From Octopus vulgaris (Eukaryota), in contig OX597823.1 of the NCBI GenBank assembly GCA_951406725.2, forward strand, positions 73,098,001-73,162,000: a stretch of DNA of 64,000 nucleotides, in the 5' to 3' direction. The first letter of the stretch is position 1. Every line of letters starts with the position of its first letter. Both the position numbers and the translations under genes were made by a program. The notes under the pieces were generated by a model, which saw only the letters and a list, made by a program, of their open reading frames with translations, was not told the DNA's origin and ran no database searches. Positions 58,104 through 64,000 of the stretch are shown here, piece by piece.

Positions 58104-58265
58104 ATTTGTAATCAGGTTATATTTAGCTTTTTCTCCGTAGCTCGAATAGATGATGAACAAACTTAATTGATTTTCGAAACTTATTGAATTCTCATCAGAG
58201 CTCACTAGATCAATTCAACCAATCCCAGAGACACATGCAGCCAATCTGTCTACAATTACAGTTGC

Positions 58266-58329
<64 letters not shown>

Positions 58330-58479
58330 TGGATAGATAGACAGAGATATATTTATACATAGAGAGATTGATAGATACATACATAAATACATATATACAT
58401 ATATAGACGTGTGTGTACACAATAGACTTTGACATAAGCTTCACTTTAACCTGACGCGTATTAGAATACACTTGAACAG

Positions 58480-59081
58480 GGTGCCATGCTGTGGCACCAG
58501 CCCCGAGACCACATGCTCACAGAACGAACTTGTAAGTCAGCGAACCCTGCCTTCACATATTTTCACCGAATCTTCCACTTCCGTCATCTCAATGGCGATC
58601 TATTCCAACCTAAGTTACTTGGTGACAATTCTCGCCATCTGAAACAAGTGTATTTTTTTAAACATTTTTGCACCTATCGATGGAGTTCTTGTTTAAAGTT
58701 GTTAATGTCTAAAGCAAAGACTTCATCTATTATCTTGAGTTTGTTTAACTGTTTGACTGAGAAAGAATCAACCATACGGTTTCCGTGTTACTTGTATAAG
58801 TGGCTACTTGCCTAAAAAAAACTTTTACGAAATTATTGAGGTTACCGTTCCATATAAACTAAGTTTTTGTCATATGCAAACATTTACTATTATCAATTCC
58901 AATATGGAATGGGCATCTATTTGGAAATACTTCCACTGTATATTCTCCTGGCACTAATCTCTTGGATAAGACGTTTCCAATCAGACCACTCTGCTATGCT
59001 TTGATCTATCTCTAACTCCATATCTGCTATACGTTGATCTATCTCTGTCTCTCTCTCTCTTTCTATCTATCTATCTACTTT

Positions 59082-59122
<41 letters not shown>

Positions 59123-59131
59123 CTATCTATT

Positions 59132-59169
<38 letters not shown>

Positions 59170-59750
59170 CTTAAACTTGACGTTCTATTTTCTTTTGATG
59201 CATCTCACAGTTTAATTTTCCATCTTACACGCTACTTTCTGCGCATTTAGGATCGACATATCACTTCTAAACAAAAACATTCAAAGTCTCACACTCAAAT
59301 GCACCACCCTTTCTTTACGACAATGTAGATGAGACCTAACATCTCACACTAGATTTCCACCTCCCTATGGGAGACTCAATGAATTACGCTCATTTAAAAT
59401 GCAGAGAAATATAACATACTATTTGTCATTTAATTTGTCGTACAACATTCAAACTTACCTGCTCTTAACCAACACTTAACCATCATTTTCAAAGTGTGGT
59501 CACACCTGCTAAAGAATTTTCTTGGTCACCATACAAAGAAACAGAGCTAAGAGTGTATACCAACGTATATGGGGTCTTTTCCTGATGCTAGAAGATATCC
59601 CAGCTCATATAAGTTAATTAATTTCTGTGAAGCACAGGAGAGGACATGCATATGTATGCATTCAGAGACCAAGATCAATGCCTCACTACTTCATTGTCTA
59701 CAAATATTGAGACTAAAGAAAGATGCTATTTAGGTATATGGATTTAATCG
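58480..59750 (-). pseudogene. Possible highly degenerate LINE ORF1 relic
   Basis: Broken reading frames with a possible decayed zinc knuckle near 59240-59280; weak. Confidence 0.3.
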
Positions 59751-59969
59751 GTTTATTAGAGAGCAGGGATCTCCTACATTAATGATCCAAAGCTGGTGAT
59801 ATTAACCTCCCCGAGGAATAAGAATTCCCATTACATCTTTTGAAATTTTGAACATAGGTAAAAATAATGAAAAACGGTAAAATAATGATAAAAAATTCTA
59901 ACTAGCGCCTCATTTAAGATCATTCAACTTCCCTTCTGTTTTATAACTTATGGCACATCAAAAATACTG

Positions 59970-60173
59970 GTTCCAAATTTTGGCACAAGGCCAGCATCTT
60001 CAGAAATGAGTAAGTCGATCGCCTCAAGCTTGACTGGTGCTTAATTTATCGATTCCGAAATAATGAAATTTAAAGTCATCCGAGACGTAATTTGAACGCA
60101 GAACGCAAAGACGATCGAAATGACGTTTAGCATTTTTCTCGGCATGCTAAACAATCTGCCAGTTCAACGCCTT
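59970..60173 (-). mobile_element. Diverged MetaSINE-like SINE
   Basis: Reverse-complement similarity to the 697 family. Confidence 0.6.
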
Positions 60174-60419
60174 ACAGATAAAAAATATTACACATTTTTT
60201 TACCCGTCAATAGATGACTCTATCAGATGTTCTACTTATGGCAATTGAATGCACGAATGTATAACAATGTTTTCAACGTCTTTGCAGCACCCGATAAAAT
60301 GTCAATAACTATTCATTTCGACGTAGTTACGAATATTTTTGCTTATATTGTCACGCTTTTTCCGTACTTACTCATTTATAAAAACAAATATTTACCAATG
60401 CATACACACACATGTTCAC

Positions 60420-60485
<66 letters not shown>

Positions 60486-61618
60486 AATTGCAGCGTGGGA
60501 GGTGTTTATAAGCCATTTAAGAAACACACAAAAGCCGTTCGATTCACTCCAACATTTAAGTTTAATTTGTCAAAATATTTTCGTCGCTAAAATCCGCGAC
60601 CTGTTCACTGACAAAGTCCGTGCTGCATCTAAGAAAGTAACAGTTAGTTCGTCATATATATGTATGTACGTATGTATGTGTGTATGTATGCATACATGTG
60701 TGTATGTATGTACGTATTCATGTCCGCACATACGCCTGTGTATGCATGTATGTATGTATGTATGTATGTATGTATGTATGTATGTATATATGTATGTGTG
60801 TGTATAAGCACGCACATACACTCTATAAAACATAAAGTTATAAACCTGTAGCGATGGATGGATGTAGAGTGACCACTCATCACAACGCTATCAAATTTCA
60901 ACTCCCTACGGCCGAGGCTAGAAAGTGAATTTATGACGCTTGCTCACAAGAACTATACCCTAAAATTTATTATCAGATTTTTATCTCTATATCACAGAAC
61001 TAATGTTTTACTATTGTTCGTATGTATGTATGTATGTGCGTATGTATGTATGTATGTATGTATGTATGTATGTATGTATGTATGTATGTATGTATGTATG
61101 TATGTATGTATGTACATACGTACGCATGTGCGTATGTATGTATACGCGCCCGTATGCATGTGCCCATGTATGTGTGTGTGTACATGTACGTGCGTATGTA
61201 CGTGTGTATGCCCATACGTAGGTATGTATGTATGTTTGTATTCATGTGCTACGTATGTATGTGAGTGTCTAGGAGAATGGGCAGATGTGTCCGTGAGAGT
61301 GTGTACATGTGTATGTGTATGTGAACGTATGTCCGTGTACTGGCATGTGTCCGTCCAAGTTGTGTACATGACTGTTACTTAGCTGAAGGTTGTATACATA
61401 TTTACATATATGTTTGTATAGACGCACACATATATATATATGTGTGTGTGGGTGTGTGTTTGTTCCTCTCATCATCGTCTAACCGTGAATGGGTACAACG
61501 CCTAGGTGCAACTGTTCGTATCAAACAACGTCTGCTCATACCGTTGTATATAACTGCACATACGCATTGCAACCTGTATGTAAGGACTACAGGTGAAAGG
61601 GAGAGAGAGAGAGGGTGG

Positions 61619-61905
61619 TTATAGAATAGTCCTTCTGAATGGGATCTGGATGTTATTCCATTCGGACTTTCGGTTGAGAGTAGGTTTGTATTCTTGTATA
61701 CAAACAGCTTCTGTGACCTGTCTCAACATTGCATCGGTGGGATGTGTAGATAGGATGTTCAACTTAAGCTCCCCTAAGGATCCCTTGTGGCAGTCTACAG
61801 CATGTTGGTAGAAGATGGAGTTTGGCTTCCTTTCAATGTAGTTGTCCAGGTGTTCTTTGAACCTATCATTGATGCTTCTAGAGGTCTCACCTATGTATGA
61901 CTCCG
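61619..61905 (-). pseudogene. PLE GIY-YIG endonuclease C-terminal half
   Basis: ESYIGETSRSINDRFKEH...SIFYQHAVDCH...RQVTEAVCIQEYKPTLNRKSEW. Confidence 0.9.
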
Positions 61906-62503
61906 GGTCATACATAGGTGAGACCTCTAGAAGCATCAATGATACACACACATACATGGGCACATGCATACGGGCGCGTATACATACATACGCACATGCG
62001 TACGTATGTACATACATACATACATACATACATACATACATACATACATACATACATACATACATACATACATACATACATACATACGCACATACATACA
62101 TACATACGAACAATAGTAAAACATTAGTTCTGTGATATAGAGATAAAAATCTGATAATAGATTTTAGGGTATAGTTCTTGTGAGCAAGCGTCATAAATTC
62201 ACTTTCTAGCCTCGGCCGTAGGGAGTTGAAATTTGATAGCGTTGTGATGAGTGGTCACTCTACATCCATCCATCGCTACAGGTTTATAACTTTATGTTTT
62301 ATAGAGTGTATGTGCGTGCTTATACACACACATACATATATACATACATACATACATACATACATACATACATGCATACACAGGCGTATGTGCGGACATG
62401 AATACGTACATACATACACACATGTATGCATACATACACACATACATACGTACATACATATATATGACGAACTAACTGTTACTTTCTTAGATGCAGCACG
62501 GAC

Positions 62504-62553
62504 TTTGTCAGTGAACAGGTCGCGGATTTTAGCGACGAAAATATTTTGACAAA
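62504..62553 (+). ncRNA. Hammerhead-like ribozyme with G3:C8 core (identical copy on minus strand 60566-60615)
   Basis: TTTGTCA-GTGAACA-G-GTCGC-GGATTTTA-GCGAC-GAAA-ATAT-TT-TGACAAA. Confidence 0.65.
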
Positions 62554-62915
62554 TTAAACTTAAATGTTGGAGTGAATCGAACGGCTTTTATGTGTTTCTT
62601 AAATGGCTTATAAACACCTCCCACGCTGCAATTGTTTTCGTTTCAGCACACGATCTCAGATCAAATTACTTGCTATGCGAGTACATCTCCTATATATATA
62701 TATATATATATTTATATATACATATTCATTTATATTTATATTGAAGGCATTACTATACATAAATGGCACACGGTAGGAGGGACTAGCGTATTGTTTTTAT
62801 GTATAGTGATGCACTCAATATAAATAATTAAATATATTTAAGAGGAAAATTGATGGTTTTTTCCCTTATGAGGTTTTCACGCTAACTACTTGATAAATTA
62901 TTCTAAAGATTTCAT

Positions 62916-62985
<70 letters not shown>

Positions 62986-63170
62986 CATTCATATATACAC
63001 ACATACATACATACATATATACATACATACATACATACATACATAAGAAACACGAGAGTATGATCAGATGACCTATATTAGTAATTAGGCACAAGCTTTT
63101 ATGGCAGTCATTAACTGTTGACACACACACACATAAGCAAGCACAAGTATATACACACACACGCACACAA

Positions 63171-63208
<38 letters not shown>

Positions 63209-63648
63209 TTATACAGACGCAAGTATTTATTCATTGTATTTACTATTGTATATATTCATTCTATTTACTATTCATGTCGCTAATTCTAACATTGTTTCTT
63301 TCTTTTTCCTGTGGCTTTTTATCTCTGTTTTTTTTAAACATTATTTTTCTTAAAGAAACAATAGTACACACTTGTAGATTAATTAGATCATTACGTATCA
63401 ATTCACACCATGATATTTCTAATGAATGACTATCTCATTTTCTTCAACATTTTTCTTTCCATAACATTTGCTTTTTATTTCTATTGTTTTTACCACTTTC
63501 CTGTTTTGTTTCACTTTGAAATGTCCATTAATTAATACATATTAAATTATGTTATTTAATCTATTGTTATTTTCTCTTTCTATGTTTGATGCGTTCTAGC
63601 TCTTCATATTGGTCACAGTTCTTTTTATATATAATATTAGTTTCTTTA

Positions 63649-63686
<38 letters not shown>

Positions 63687-64000
63687 TACATACAAACGTG
63701 CACGCACGTACATACACACACACAAGCACGCACATTTTCATCGTTTAAATAGTGTTTTTTATAACAGTATTTCATAATTAGTTTTCATCATGTGCAGATG
63801 TAAACTATTGGGTTGAAGAATATGATGTATCGCTTCCTATGAAAGCAGTTACAATGAGTATTTCAAGCAATCTGTTATGATATGTTTTAGTATATATTTA
63901 ATCGAATTGTTCGTAGTTTTGTCAGCAACGAATGGCTTCCCACTAAAATGTGTACTTGTTTCTCATCCGCTTAGCTCTACAGGATGTAGAGGTAAGCAAC

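Larger units (their letters stand above)
60483..62690. mobile_element. PLE fold-back insertion, ~700-bp inverted arms, in (TA)n
   Basis: 60483-61179 is the reverse complement of 61943-62636; GIY-YIG C-terminus on minus strand in the spacer; (TA)n on both flanks. Confidence 0.92.

Overview
AT-rich, microsatellite-dense eukaryotic non-coding DNA. Its SINE, LINE and microsatellite content resembles an octopus/cephalopod genome (inference). No intact host protein-coding gene can be supported, and most listed ORFs are microsatellite translations. The window is a mosaic of tRNA-derived SINEs (three families), R4/Dong-type and L1/Tx1-type LINE fragments sitting in microsatellites, Tc1/mariner relics and MITEs, and Helitron pieces. 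The most striking signal is a set of at least seven distinct Penelope-like element (PLE) insertions, nearly all in (TA)n tracts. Several form long fold-back (inverted) structures, and they carry minimal type I hammerhead ribozyme motifs. Some of these motifs have non-canonical cores, including an apparent G3:C8 covariant present in two identical copies and a U3:A8/G8 variant. Coordinates were read by eye and repeat boundaries are approximate.
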